From the IMG/VR virus record IMGVR_UViG_2925914267_000004: a stretch of DNA of 38,194 bases; one strand, given 5' to 3'. The position numbers and the translations under genes were made by a program. The stretch's first letter is position 1. Each line of letters begins with the position of its first letter. The stretch comes from a virus. Lineage: Duplodnaviria > Heunggongvirae > Uroviricota > Caudoviricetes. Shown here piece by piece: positions 1-9,097 of the stretch. The notes beneath the pieces were generated by a model. That model was not told the DNA's origin, did no database searches, and worked only from the letters and a program-made list of their open reading frames with translations.

Positions 1-993
1 CTAATCGATGGACAGTTTATGGACACTTTCAGCCAGCGGATTAAAGTTGATCGCGTCCTGTAAGAAGTCCGGCGAAAAATGAGCGTACGTCATTGTTTGC
101 TGAATCGTTGCGTGCCCCAGGATTCGTTGCAACGTAACAATATTTCCGCCATTCATCATAAAGTGTGTGGCAAATGTATGACGCATGACATGCGTAGCCT
201 GCCCCTTCGGCAAATCCGGTTTCACCTCCTGAAGAATCTCCCGGAACTTCAGATAATCAACCTGATACAATAACCCCGTTCGACGGGTTTTAATCAGAGG
301 CACGACCGAATCCGCCACAGGAACCGAACGGGATTTTCCGTTTTTGGTGTTAAAGAACGTCACCCGGTTGCCAACGATATGCTCTCCACGTAGTTCCGAT
401 GCTTCACTCCATCGGGCACCAGTAGAAAGACACAGAATGGCAACACGACGCGCATCCCCCTCCAGTCGCTCAAGAAGCCGTTCAATCTCATCATCAGAAA
501 GAAAGGCCATCTCTGTGTTCTGAACTTTCAGTTTTCGTATACCGCGTACAGGGTTCGCGTTGTGAAAGACCTCAGCTTCAATCAGCACCGTGAACATGGT
601 AGACAGTACACATAAGTCACGATTAATACTGGACGGCATTAATCCGGCCTGTAATTTCTCTGACCGATATTCAAGCATAAATTTTCGCGTCATCTGACTG
701 GCGCGAGGATCTCCCATTTCACGAACAACCTTCCCTAGCCTAACCCTGTAGCTATCCCCGTAAGCCTGATTACGCCCATCAAGCATCCACCACGCATCAA
801 GCAGCTCTGATAATCGCCGCTGATCAGCTGGCTTAGCCTGCCATGGCTTGTCATGAAAGTTCTGTAACACATACTTCTCAAACTCCTGAGCCTTTGATTT
901 CAGGGCAAAGATTTTTCGAATCCGCTTTCCTTCCGCCCCCTGCGGTCTGACATCGACCTGATAACGTCCGTCTTTGAGTTGCTTAATCGACAT
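1..993 (-). CDS. int: Tyrosine integrase (P2 Int-like site-specific recombinase)
   Basis: Track ORF 1..1008 begins at TTG; the in-frame ATG at 993 gives MSIKQLKDGRYQVDVRP. C-terminal tyrosine-recombinase signature HTFATHFMMNGGNIVTLQRILGHATIQQTMTYAHF. First gene at the prophage end, convergent with nothing upstream in the window. Confidence 0.9.
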   Translation of the reverse strand: MSIKQLKDGRYQVDVRPQGAEGKRIRKIFALKSKAQEFEKYVLQNFHDKPWQAKPADQRRLSELLDAWWMLDGRNQAYGDSYRVRLGKVVREMGDPRASQMTRKFMLEYRSEKLQAGLMPSSINRDLCVLSTMFTVLIEAEVFHNANPVRGIRKLKVQNTEMAFLSDDEIERLLERLEGDARRVAILCLSTGARWSEASELRGEHIVGNRVTFFNTKNGKSRSVPVADSVVPLIKTRRTGLLYQVDYLKFREILQEVKPDLPKGQATHVMRHTFATHFMMNGGNIVTLQRILGHATIQQTMTYAHFSPDFLQDAINFNPLAESVHKLSID

Positions 994-1062
994 GATTAGC
1001 CCCTCCAACGGATAAATTAACTAAACACTCCTTGCGATATGTAATTCGCTCAATGTGTAGAG

Positions 1063-1404
1063 TCAGCCAACATTGCGGCCTGATCGGGGTGATTTTTGGG
1101 TAATACCGATTGAAACCTGATCGCCCTCCGACTGAATAGATCCATCAAGAGAGAGAGCCGGAGCAATCTGCCCGGCGACAGGTAGCGTCTTATCTTTTAT
1201 TAGCCACAGCATGTATTTTTCAAAGCGATCGACTTGCAGAACCGCCTCAACGATTTTTGCTCTAGCGTTCTTTTGCCCCGATTCGTAATTCCTTATGGTT
1301 GCCAAAGACAACCCAGTAATATCCGCAAACTGCTTTTGTGTTAACCCTTCCGCCTTACGTATCTGACGTAACTTTTTTGCATAGTCTATTGACAAGATAA
1401 CCAT
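1063..1404 (-). CDS. Immunity repressor, HTH XRE-type (P2 C-like)
   Basis: 113-aa ORF with helix-turn-helix QKQFADITGLSLATIRNYESG, sitting immediately upstream of int and divergent from the early operon, which is the P2 repressor position. Confidence 0.8.
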   Translation of the reverse strand: MVILSIDYAKKLRQIRKAEGLTQKQFADITGLSLATIRNYESGQKNARAKIVEAVLQVDRFEKYMLWLIKDKTLPVAGQIAPALSLDGSIQSEGDQVSIGITQKSPRSGRNVG

Positions 1405-1447
1405 TTGAGTATTAACCTCTCACACAAAGATAACCTTTTGGTTATCT
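1394..1447. promoter_or_regulatory. Lysis/lysogeny switch operator region between divergent repressor and early operon
   Basis: AGATAACC occurs at about 1395-1402 and again inside the palindrome AGATAACC-TTTT-GGTTATCT at 1428-1447, in the about 100-bp gap between the divergent start codons. Confidence 0.45.
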
Positions 1448-1508
1448 TTACAAGCCAAAACAAACCATCACAAGGCGCAACAAGCGCACCAACGCAAGAG
1501 GATAACAA

Positions 1509-2030
1509 ATGCGGGACTTCATTGCCGATAAAGAGTTATCTGACCACCAACCACTTCAGGAAAGTGACGCACTCAGCGGATCCATTGATGCTGCCAACGA
1601 CGACGAACACGAAGAAAACAAGAAAAAGCGTTCCTACAAAAAAGGAGCGACTTTACGGCTGGATGGTCCGATCGCCGGGCTTTGCTCTCTGGAAAAAGGC
1701 GCGGCATATATTGGGCTAACAAAATCTGCACTGCGCGTAGCCATTCATCGCGGTCAAATGCCGGGACACAAGACGCGCACAAACCCGGAAGATGAAAACT
1801 CAGACGGAGTATGGTGGTTTAACGCCAAAGAGTGGGACAAGTTGGCTGATGAGCTACCAGAGCACGAGCCCCCAGAATGGCACAACTGGAAAAGTTACTG
1901 GACGTATGACCGCCAGAAAAGGAAGTTCTCTCCAGCTAATAAAGAAGACTGCCAGACCATTAACGGTAAGCGAGTTTATACAGGCAGAAGCTCAAAACTG
2001 GAGCAACTCAGAAACAACAGAGGCAACTAA
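1509..2030 (+). CDS. Early HTH DNA-binding protein, Cox/excisionase-like (first early gene)
   Basis: ATG at 1509 preceded by AAGAGGA. Internal HTH GAAYIGLTKSALRVAIHRGQMP and excisionase-like WWFNAKEWDKL. At 173 aa it is longer than P2 Cox, so the identity is tentative. Confidence 0.5.
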   Translation: MRDFIADKELSDHQPLQESDALSGSIDAANDDEHEENKKKRSYKKGATLRLDGPIAGLCSLEKGAAYIGLTKSALRVAIHRGQMPGHKTRTNPEDENSDGVWWFNAKEWDKLADELPEHEPPEWHNWKSYWTYDRQKRKFSPANKEDCQTINGKRVYTGRSSKLEQLRNNRGN

Positions 2031-2034
2031 TCGC

Positions 2035-2457
2035 ATGAAAACAAACACGTCAGATTTCACAATAACTATTTCAAAAAATGACCAAGCATTAATTGATAAC
2101 CTGAAATACCTTGCGGAAAAACATAATAACGGACGAATTGCAATTAATTTACGACACATCACAGGAGTAACAATTGTAACCAGTTACTGGCATCTATATC
2201 TAATCGCTAAATCAGTACTGGAAAACAAAGATTCTGTTGTCAATGGAAGAGATGTAGATACTCTTCCTGCACAAATCAAACCGATAGCCTATCAATTGCG
2301 TAATCGTTTTAAAAATGAAGGTGGGATTATATTTGACTTTCCCGCAGCTGTAGCCGTGAGCTTCTCTCGGGAGGATATACTTCACTCATTTCGTTTTGCT
2401 CTATCAGGTGACGAGACATTATGGCAGCTAGAAGATGCCGGGAGCAGCCCGGCATAA
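2035..2457 (+). CDS. Hypothetical protein (AT-rich early-region cargo)
   Basis: In-frame ATG at 2035 within track ORF 1792..2457; the upstream part of that ORF overlaps the previous gene in another frame. AT-rich by eye. Confidence 0.45.
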   Translation: MKTNTSDFTITISKNDQALIDNLKYLAEKHNNGRIAINLRHITGVTIVTSYWHLYLIAKSVLENKDSVVNGRDVDTLPAQIKPIAYQLRNRFKNEGGIIFDFPAAVAVSFSREDILHSFRFALSGDETLWQLEDAGSSPA

Positions 2458-2463
2458 ATCAAA

Positions 2464-2655
2464 TTAAAAGTCAACCAGTTGTGTGACAGGTGGGTATTTA
2501 CGCTGAATTTTGTCAGTTACTAACGCCAGTAATATATGAATCTCTGCGTTTAATGCGTCTTTATCACCCGTCGTTTTTACCCTGGGAGGGTTAATGTTAT
2601 CCAGAGCAGCACTAAGTTCACTCAACAAATTAACAACTTTTTTATCTTCTGACAT
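2464..2655 (-). CDS. Hypothetical small protein, convergent with 2035..2457
   Basis: 63-aa ORF on the opposite strand, 6 bp from the stop of the previous gene, in the same AT-rich patch. Confidence 0.35.
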   Translation of the reverse strand: MSEDKKVVNLLSELSAALDNINPPRVKTTGDKDALNAEIHILLALVTDKIQRKYPPVTQLVDF

Positions 2656-2791
2656 GAAAACCTCTTAACAATTTAATTAAACATAAGCTAGGACCTGAAC
2701 CGGCCAGTCCAAGTCCTAGACACACAAAAAAATACCACAAATCAATACAAGGTGACACGAGTACACCTTACCGAAGGTACAGAGTTTTAAT

Positions 2792-3142
2792 ATGAAACTA
2801 CAGCGCAATTATTCACAGCAGCGCTTCCGCAACGGTGCGGAACGCCATGCTAACCGTTTCGCTACCAGCGCATCACGTAGCAGCTCTCGCTACAGCCTGA
2901 GCGAAACACACGCAACGCCGGATGGCTACCCCGTAAAACAAATCGGCGAACACACCTGGCTGATTGAGAAAGCTGGAATCGTGGTCCACAAATGCCCACG
3001 CAATCCGTTTACCGGAAGCCGCATTTTTGCCCTGAGCAGCGGCGACAATCAGTTCGGACAGGATTTCACATTATACGAAGCACTACGCACGGTTGATCGT
3101 CTGCTTCGCGGGCAAAGTTTTATTAAACAGGCTGATTTATAA
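2792..3142 (+). CDS. Hypothetical early protein
   Basis: 116-aa ORF with ATG start, part of a co-directional early gene string. Confidence 0.5.
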   Translation: MKLQRNYSQQRFRNGAERHANRFATSASRSSSRYSLSETHATPDGYPVKQIGEHTWLIEKAGIVVHKCPRNPFTGSRIFALSSGDNQFGQDFTLYEALRTVDRLLRGQSFIKQADL

Positions 3143-3152
3143 CAGGTGCTTT

Positions 3153-3440
3153 ATGACTAAAGACCATGCACAAGGTGTATTTATCCGTTTTATTGATTTT
3201 CGCGGTGAACTGTTATTACGTGCATCCGCTATTGATGGAGTGACTCCGGCGAGTAAAAACGGAGCCGACGAAGCCACTTACGTTTATCTGAACGGTACGC
3301 GACTTCTTGTGGAACTTCCGTACCAGACCGTACGAGAAATCATTAGCGAAGCTGAAAAGGCACGTCAGGTTAATGGCGATGAACCCTATATCGAAATTAT
3401 TTGCATGGATTCAGAAGCTGAAATCCAGAAAGCAGATTAA
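3153..3440 (+). CDS. Hypothetical early protein
   Basis: In-frame ATG at 3153 within track ORF 3093..3440 (MTKDHAQGVF...). Confidence 0.5.
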   Translation: MTKDHAQGVFIRFIDFRGELLLRASAIDGVTPASKNGADEATYVYLNGTRLLVELPYQTVREIISEAEKARQVNGDEPYIEIICMDSEAEIQKAD

Positions 3441-3451
3441 AGGGGGTTGCG

Positions 3452-3694
3452 ATGGGCAAAGAATATAAAACTCTCATTAACAAAGCACTTGAGCGTTTTT
3501 ATTTTCGCTTAAGCGCATCAGGCACTCATGCTGAACGTGCAGCCCGTGACTCATTGACCAGGGCAATCCGGAGTCTGTATGACGTCGCTTTTTACGCTGA
3601 TGATCTGGATGCACTTAACGAACTTTCTGAGCTTATCTGCGCCGCAGAATGCGGGGAACATATTGAACCGTATAAGCTGGGGAATATCGCATGA
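3452..3694 (+). CDS. Hypothetical early protein
   Basis: 80-aa ORF, ATG start preceded by AAGGGGG. Confidence 0.5.
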   Translation: MGKEYKTLINKALERFYFRLSASGTHAERAARDSLTRAIRSLYDVAFYADDLDALNELSELICAAECGEHIEPYKLGNIA

Positions 3695-3804
3695 GTATAT
3701 TTATCTCATGGCCTGTTCTGATTATTTCGGTGGCCTGCGCCATTAGGATTATGCGAATTATTCATTCAGTGAAAAAGATTGAACGTTTTTTCACTGGTGA
3801 ATAA
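3691..3804 (+). CDS. Possible small hydrophobic peptide (37 aa)
   Basis: ATG at 3691 overlaps the previous stop (ATGA coupling). Translation MSIFISWPVLIISVACAIRIMRIIHSVKKIERFFTGE has one predicted transmembrane helix. A 10-bp-stem hairpin CAGTGAAAAA/TTTTTCACTG lies at its 3' end (about 3767-3797). Confidence 0.25.
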   Translation: MSIFISWPVLIISVACAIRIMRIIHSVKKIERFFTGE

Positions 3805-3892
3805 CAGCACAAACAAAACACCAGATTAAATAAGAAAAAGTGAAAACATCTGCATTAGCGGAGGGATTCACACATTTAAACAAGGGGTGACA

Positions 3893-4213
3893 ATGAATAA
3901 GAATGCAGAAATCATCAAAATTCACGAAAGAATATTAATAATTCTCAAGCACCTCCACGATGATGAACTGGAAGAGGCACTACCCGTCGCCATTGAACTC
4001 ACCAAAAACCTTGTTGACGGAACCTGCCCGGAACATAAACCAGGCCTGTTTATGGTACTGCTGACAGCGAAAGCTCTGTTAGAGGAGCTCTCATCGACCA
4101 TCGACTCGCTTCTCACCGAAATAGACGAACTACACGACCACATTGAAGGACTGGAAATTCAGCTATCTCGCGTTCGTCGTCAGAAACAGAGCGGCGAGCG
4201 CAATGGCAATTAA
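3893..4213 (+). CDS. Hypothetical early protein with C-terminal coiled coil
   Basis: ATG at 3893 preceded by AAGGGGTGA; MNKNAEIIKIHERIL... Confidence 0.5.
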   Translation: MNKNAEIIKIHERILIILKHLHDDELEEALPVAIELTKNLVDGTCPEHKPGLFMVLLTAKALLEELSSTIDSLLTEIDELHDHIEGLEIQLSRVRRQKQSGERNGN

Positions 4214-4406
4214 GCGTTTTTCCGTCATTCGTTTCACCTCCAGAGGGCATGAATACGAAGTTGACGAACGGCTGATTAAAACGCTCGACCGTCACCGTTC
4301 GCAACCTGACGCGCATCACATTTATCTCACTGACGACACTTACTTCTGCGCCACCAACGTGGTGCAGGTGAATCTTATCAGACAGGTACAGGAGTCACGC
4401 AGATGA
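4203..4406 (+). CDS. Hypothetical small early protein
   Basis: In-frame ATG at 4203 within track ORF 4143..4406; overlaps the previous gene end as in a coupled operon. Confidence 0.4.
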   Translation: MAIKRFSVIRFTSRGHEYEVDERLIKTLDRHRSQPDAHHIYLTDDTYFCATNVVQVNLIRQVQESRR

Positions 4407-4648
4407 CCATTCTGGACTACATCGCCGCCAATCCGAATTGTAGTGGTGGAGAAATCGCCGCAGCACTGAACACCCCAACCACAGCCATTAATGCGGAGTT
4501 ACGCCAACTCTGGCGTGACGGCTTAGTCACCAGAGAAGAGCGCAAAACAGGCGGTCGCTTTTCTTACCAGGTAAACCCGATGCCGTTCGGGTGTGGCAAT
4601 CCACTTACCAACATGTTTAACCAGCTACTGAAGGAAGCCAGAGCATGA
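4403..4648 (+). CDS. Hypothetical small protein, possible winged-helix DNA binder
   Basis: 81-aa ORF whose start overlaps the previous stop. Confidence 0.5.
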   Translation: MTILDYIAANPNCSGGEIAAALNTPTTAINAELRQLWRDGLVTREERKTGGRFSYQVNPMPFGCGNPLTNMFNQLLKEARA

Positions 4649-4944
4649 GCGCCATCAACCACCAGGAATTACGCGAACTGGCGATTGACCTGCAACGAAT
4701 GGCAACGCCTCAAAAATTACTGGCGTTTCGCGCAATGCTCTCGCCGTCTGCTGTGCTGGCGCTGCTGGATGAGCTGGGGCACGCCAGAACCACATCTCTC
4801 GCCATTCGCCTGACGCTCCGTCATGAAATCGAGGATTTCTGCGCGACGTTGGAGGCGCCAGGCGAACCGAAAACGCCGGAAGCAATACAGCAAGAGCTGC
4901 TGCAACGCATTAACAAGGTTTTTGTTTTTTTTCTGAACCGCTAA
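4645..4944 (+). CDS. Hypothetical early protein
   Basis: 99-aa ORF with ATG overlapping the previous stop. Confidence 0.5.
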   Translation: MSAINHQELRELAIDLQRMATPQKLLAFRAMLSPSAVLALLDELGHARTTSLAIRLTLRHEIEDFCATLEAPGEPKTPEAIQQELLQRINKVFVFFLNR

Positions 4945-5266
4945 GAAACCAGAACATGCACACACAAAAAAACCGCTTGCCATGCCGCAATCAGTCAGGT
5001 TACATTTCCGCTGCACCTCACAAAACGGGTGTCGGGTTTCGCAGCCTGCTGACAACCAAAGCGCACAACCGCGCCAGCGGTTTTTTTGTGCGTACCGTAT
5101 CGCCACGTCTTTTTCGCACACGAATTATGGTGGGGCGTATGGGGCCGACTTCGGTCGGGCCGGGTTCTTTGGTTGCCGGTACTGCGAACCTCGTACGTCT
5201 CGCCACCCACAGTTTCGCAGCTCTGGATGGTGAGTTTTCAAAACTTACAACCAAAGAGGCCACACC

Positions 5267-5497
5267 ATGGCAAACCGCAAACAGCACCGCGCTATCGCGG
5301 AGCGTCGTCACATCCAGACTGAAATCAACCGCAGACTTTCCCGCGCATCACGCGTCGCTAAAATCATGCACATCAATATGCTGCATGAACGTAGCTGCGA
5401 ACTTTCAAACCTCTACTCATCCGCTGTTTTCAGCTATCTGGCGGATGATCTGCGCGAGCTTCAGCAGCTCATCCAGCAGCAAAACAAACTCCATTAA
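5267..5497 (+). CDS. Hypothetical small basic protein
   Basis: 76-aa ORF preceded by GAGG; follows an about 320-bp non-coding stretch. Confidence 0.45.
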   Translation: MANRKQHRAIAERRHIQTEINRRLSRASRVAKIMHINMLHERSCELSNLYSSAVFSYLADDLRELQQLIQQQNKLH

Positions 5498-5569
5498 TTC
5501 CTGTTCCGGGCCTTTCCTGCACCTTGCGGCGGGAGGCCTTCGCACATCTGTAACAAGAGGATTGCCGCA

Positions 5570-5935
5570 ATGATTCTCGCCAACGACTTTCTTGAATACC
5601 TGCTCAACACAGAACGTGATCTTGCCGCCCGCGTGCGTGATCGTTATGACATGTACCTGAAATCCCTGCCTGTACCGCGGCTCGCTGACGGAAAGATTGT
5701 TATTGATGGTCGCTACATGATTGACAGCCATGAGGGAAATTACAGGCTTTACCGCATTGAAGGTGGCACCCCGTCCGTTATTGGCATTTACCAGCGCCCA
5801 TCCTCTGCAATCGTCGATGTGATTGCCGACATCATCCGCATCACACATCGCCATGCCGACACAGAAGACACCGTGCTGGAAATTCAGCGGCTGGCTACCG
5901 TCTGCCGCGACACCCTGAATGGCATGACGAAGTAA
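5570..5935 (+). CDS. Hypothetical protein immediately upstream of replication gene A
   Basis: 121-aa ORF in the position of a P2 replication accessory gene; position only. Confidence 0.45.
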   Translation: MILANDFLEYLLNTERDLAARVRDRYDMYLKSLPVPRLADGKIVIDGRYMIDSHEGNYRLYRIEGGTPSVIGIYQRPSSAIVDVIADIIRITHRHADTEDTVLEIQRLATVCRDTLNGMTK

Positions 5936-5941
5936 ATCACT

Positions 5942-8557
5942 ATGACGGCAGAGTACATCAGGGACTGGCAACAACCACGCCACGCAGTGGGGCGTGAAGG
6001 AACGGGGATCCCCGCTCCTGAATCCGCGCTTTCCTCCTGGCTGGATGCCTACCGGGCAGAGAACGAGCGCCGCCAGGAAATGGCTGATGCGGCGTTCTCC
6101 GCCACGCCGCTGGACAACCTGATTAATAAAAGCCTGGACGCACAGGAAAAACAGGACAAAACCATCACACTGGCAGGAGACGCAAGAAAACAGGCACGCG
6201 GCGCGGTGGATGAAGCCATGGCCTCGCTGCGCCTGCTGCCGTCCTATCTGCGCGATCCGCTTATTCGCCACCTCTCCTTCCTGCGCAAAAAACAGGAAGC
6301 CGATCGCCGGAAAGGCAAAAAGAGCTGGCAGGCGGAACGCTATGCACGCGGAACCCTGCGCAAAATATTCGAACGTCTGGAGCGCACCGACAGCCGCTGG
6401 CTGACACCGGGTTATCGCGCCCTTGCCGGACGCGAACGCCTGGACGATTTGCTTTACCTGCCGCAGCTTAACAAGCACCAGATACAGACGCTGGCCACCA
6501 TGACGGCGGCAATGTTCAGCAGCACCTTTGAGACTCTCTGTGATGGTTTCGGTGCCAGAGATGGCGAGCTGACCATGGATGTAACGCTGAAGGCGTATCA
6601 GATGCTGGCCCGCATGGCGTTACACCTGCACGCCATGCCTCCACATTATGACGCACTGACAACAGACAAAGACCGGAGGAACGAACCGGACACGGAACTG
6701 CTGCCGGGCGCAATCCTTCGCCTGACCTGTGCGGACTGGTGGAAACGCAAACTGTGGCTGTTACGTTGTGAGTGGCGGGAAGAACAACTCCGCGCCGCCT
6801 GTCTGGTTTCCAGAAAAACATCACCCTATCTGAGCCAGGACGCGTTAAGCGAGTTTCGCGCACAGCGCGAGAAAACACGCGATTTCCTGAAAAGTTTCAT
6901 GCTGGAAAATGAAGACGGGTTCACGATTGATCTCGAGACGGTGTATTACGCGGGAGTAAGTAACCCGGTTCACCGTAAGGCAGAAATGATGGCCACCATG
7001 AAGGGACTGGAACTTCTGGCCGAAGCCCGTGGCGACAAAGCGGTGTTTCTGACTGTCACCTGCCCGTCAAAATACCACGCCACAACAGAGAACGGTCATC
7101 CGAATCCCAAATGGAACGGGGCCACCATGCGCGACTCCAGCGATTACCTGGTTAACACGTTTTTTGCGGCGGTCCGCAAAAAACTGAACCGCGACGGCCT
7201 GCGCTGGTATGGCATCCGCACGGTGGAGCCTCACCATGACGGCACCGTGCACTGGCATATGATGGTCTTTGCTCATCCGGAAGAAATCGACACCATTGTG
7301 TCCCACACCCGCGATATTGCCATTCAGGAAGACCGCCACGAACTGGGCAATGATATTACTCCGCGCTTTAAGGCGGAGTACGTCGACGGCTCAAAAGGCA
7401 CGCCAACCAGCTACATCGCCACCTACATCGGAAAGAACCTGGACAGCCACGCCGTGGATGGCATCGACCCGAAAACGGGCAAGCCACGCGTTGACCACGA
7501 AACCGGAAAATCAATGGCCGAGAGCGTGGAGCACGCCATCGGCTGGGCGCGCCTTCACCGGGTCCGCCAGTTCCAGTTCTTTGGCATCCCCTCCCGTCAG
7601 GTGTGGCGTGAACTGCGCCGCCTTGCCAGCCAGATGGCACGCAACCCGGAAGGCCCGCAACAGCTGAAGGATGACGCAATGGATGCGGTACTCGCTGCCG
7701 CTGATGCCGGGTGTTTTGCCACCTACATTGAAAAACAGGGTGGCGTGCTTGTTCCACGCAAAGACTACCTGATTCGCACCGCCTACGACCTCGCAGATGA
7801 GCTGAACGATTACGGCGAACAGAGCGTACAGATTTACGGGATCTGGTCGCCGCTCATCGGGGAGTCTTCCCGCGTGTGCACGCATCCGGATAACTGGAAG
7901 CTGGTAAGACGTAAACCGGAAGCGGAAGACAGCGCCCGCGAAAATGGTTTTGACCTTCAGGGCGGCCCTGCCGCCCCTTGGACTCGTGGCAATAACTGTC
8001 CCCGTGTACAGGAAACGGACAACAACGGGACAGAACAGCCGGAAGAACGGCCAGCACCGTGGCCGCAGCTTCCTGACGGCATTGAAGTGAATGAATGGAT
8101 GCGCTCACTGAAACGGCACGAACGCCGGGCGCTGATGCGTTCGCTGCGTGAAAAACCAGTAAATACCAGCAGCGGTGATACACCTGACCGGATGGCAGGG
8201 CATAAACAACCGCCAGACATACCAGTATCACCTGCCACTGAATGGAGAAAATCAGCCGGGGAACCGGGCATAAAACTGAGCGATGAACATATACAGCACC
8301 TGATGAAGACGGGAATGCTGCGTATTAATGGCCATGTACTGGAAGTCACTGACGGCAGACTGACACACCGTCGCGATCAGCGCACAGACAGGAAGGTGAG
8401 CCGCATCTGGGAACGCCTGAGCCGCAATCATGGCATCAGCGCAACTGAAATCAGGTACAACCCGCTCGCACACTACGTGGACATGCTCAGGAATATCGGC
8501 GTGGAGGCTTTACCCGCAGTCACAGAACACAGACATCAGGGAGATGAATCTCAGTGA
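5942..8557 (+). CDS. A: Rolling-circle replication initiator/endonuclease (P2 gpA-like)
   Basis: 871-aa ORF with the HUH-type motif VHWHMMVFAHPEE; the largest early gene, in the canonical A position. Confidence 0.9.
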   Translation: MTAEYIRDWQQPRHAVGREGTGIPAPESALSSWLDAYRAENERRQEMADAAFSATPLDNLINKSLDAQEKQDKTITLAGDARKQARGAVDEAMASLRLLPSYLRDPLIRHLSFLRKKQEADRRKGKKSWQAERYARGTLRKIFERLERTDSRWLTPGYRALAGRERLDDLLYLPQLNKHQIQTLATMTAAMFSSTFETLCDGFGARDGELTMDVTLKAYQMLARMALHLHAMPPHYDALTTDKDRRNEPDTELLPGAILRLTCADWWKRKLWLLRCEWREEQLRAACLVSRKTSPYLSQDALSEFRAQREKTRDFLKSFMLENEDGFTIDLETVYYAGVSNPVHRKAEMMATMKGLELLAEARGDKAVFLTVTCPSKYHATTENGHPNPKWNGATMRDSSDYLVNTFFAAVRKKLNRDGLRWYGIRTVEPHHDGTVHWHMMVFAHPEEIDTIVSHTRDIAIQEDRHELGNDITPRFKAEYVDGSKGTPTSYIATYIGKNLDSHAVDGIDPKTGKPRVDHETGKSMAESVEHAIGWARLHRVRQFQFFGIPSRQVWRELRRLASQMARNPEGPQQLKDDAMDAVLAAADAGCFATYIEKQGGVLVPRKDYLIRTAYDLADELNDYGEQSVQIYGIWSPLIGESSRVCTHPDNWKLVRRKPEAEDSARENGFDLQGGPAAPWTRGNNCPRVQETDNNGTEQPEERPAPWPQLPDGIEVNEWMRSLKRHERRALMRSLREKPVNTSSGDTPDRMAGHKQPPDIPVSPATEWRKSAGEPGIKLSDEHIQHLMKTGMLRINGHVLEVTDGRLTHRRDQRTDRKVSRIWERLSRNHGISATEIRYNPLAHYVDMLRNIGVEALPAVTEHRHQGDESQ

Positions 8558-9021
8558 TTAAATATTGTCGCCAGTGCGGCCGGGAGCTGCACTACAAGGA
8601 AAAATTTTATTTTTCAGATCACATCTGCTGCCGTTGCCGTGGACTGGCGTCGTTTGATGATGACGGTACTGAATCTGTCGGAAGGGAAAGAACACCTGTC
8701 GAACGCACCCTCTTCGAGCGTTACCCGGTATGGCAACTGATGATTGAGAAAGCCGAACGGCAGTGGAAAGCAACCCACCCGCAACCTCTGGCGGACGTCA
8801 TTACTGTAACCCGGTGCACAAAGGTCTCTGATGAACGCATCACCGAAATGCTGGCGCAGTATGACGACTTCAGGCCGGTTCAGATTGAAGAACGTGAGCT
8901 GATAGCCCTCCTTCAGGAAGTGCGCGAAGCACGACGCAGTGCCGCCTTACAGGCGGAAAAACAGACAGAAACGGGACTCACAAATCCCGTAAATGAGCAA
9001 AAAACGCGCCATAAAACATGA
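8554..9021 (+). CDS. Zinc-ribbon protein (CxxC-x16-CxxC), first gene of the A-Q cargo hotspot
   Basis: N-terminus CRQCGRELHYKEKFYFSDHICCRCRG. Starts at GTG overlapping the A stop, so the start is uncertain. Confidence 0.45.
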   Translation: MIKYCRQCGRELHYKEKFYFSDHICCRCRGLASFDDDGTESVGRERTPVERTLFERYPVWQLMIEKAERQWKATHPQPLADVITVTRCTKVSDERITEMLAQYDDFRPVQIEERELIALLQEVREARRSAALQAEKQTETGLTNPVNEQKTRHKT

Positions 9022-9063
9022 AGTGCGCACAAAACAGGCAAAAACGGGATTTCAGAATCCCGT
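8971..9063. promoter_or_regulatory. Two near-identical inverted repeats upstream of parM (candidate parC-like centromere/operator)
   Basis: ACGGGACTCACAAATCCCGT at 8971-8990 and ACGGGATTTCAGAATCCCGT at 9044-9063, both flanked by AAA; the second ends about 35 bp before the parM start. Confidence 0.4.
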
Positions 9064-9097
9064 AAACGATTAATTAATCAACATAAGGAAAAGCGAC

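Noticed and set aside
1792-2034. N-terminal part of track ORF 1792..2457
   Set aside because: Overlaps the Cox-like gene 1509..2030 in another frame; the real gene most likely starts at the in-frame ATG at 2035.
4982-5573. Cluster of overlapping ORFs on both strands (4956..5573, 4982..5233, 5018..5311, 5086..5322)
   Set aside because: Mutually overlapping, GTG/TTG-initiated, low-complexity frames in a GC-rich non-coding stretch; treated as non-coding and flagged as a possible structured RNA region instead.
5417-6478. 353-aa minus-strand ORF
   Set aside because: Lies entirely antisense to the 5' part of replication gene A in a GC-rich region and has low-complexity, Cys/Arg-rich content; read as a spurious open frame.
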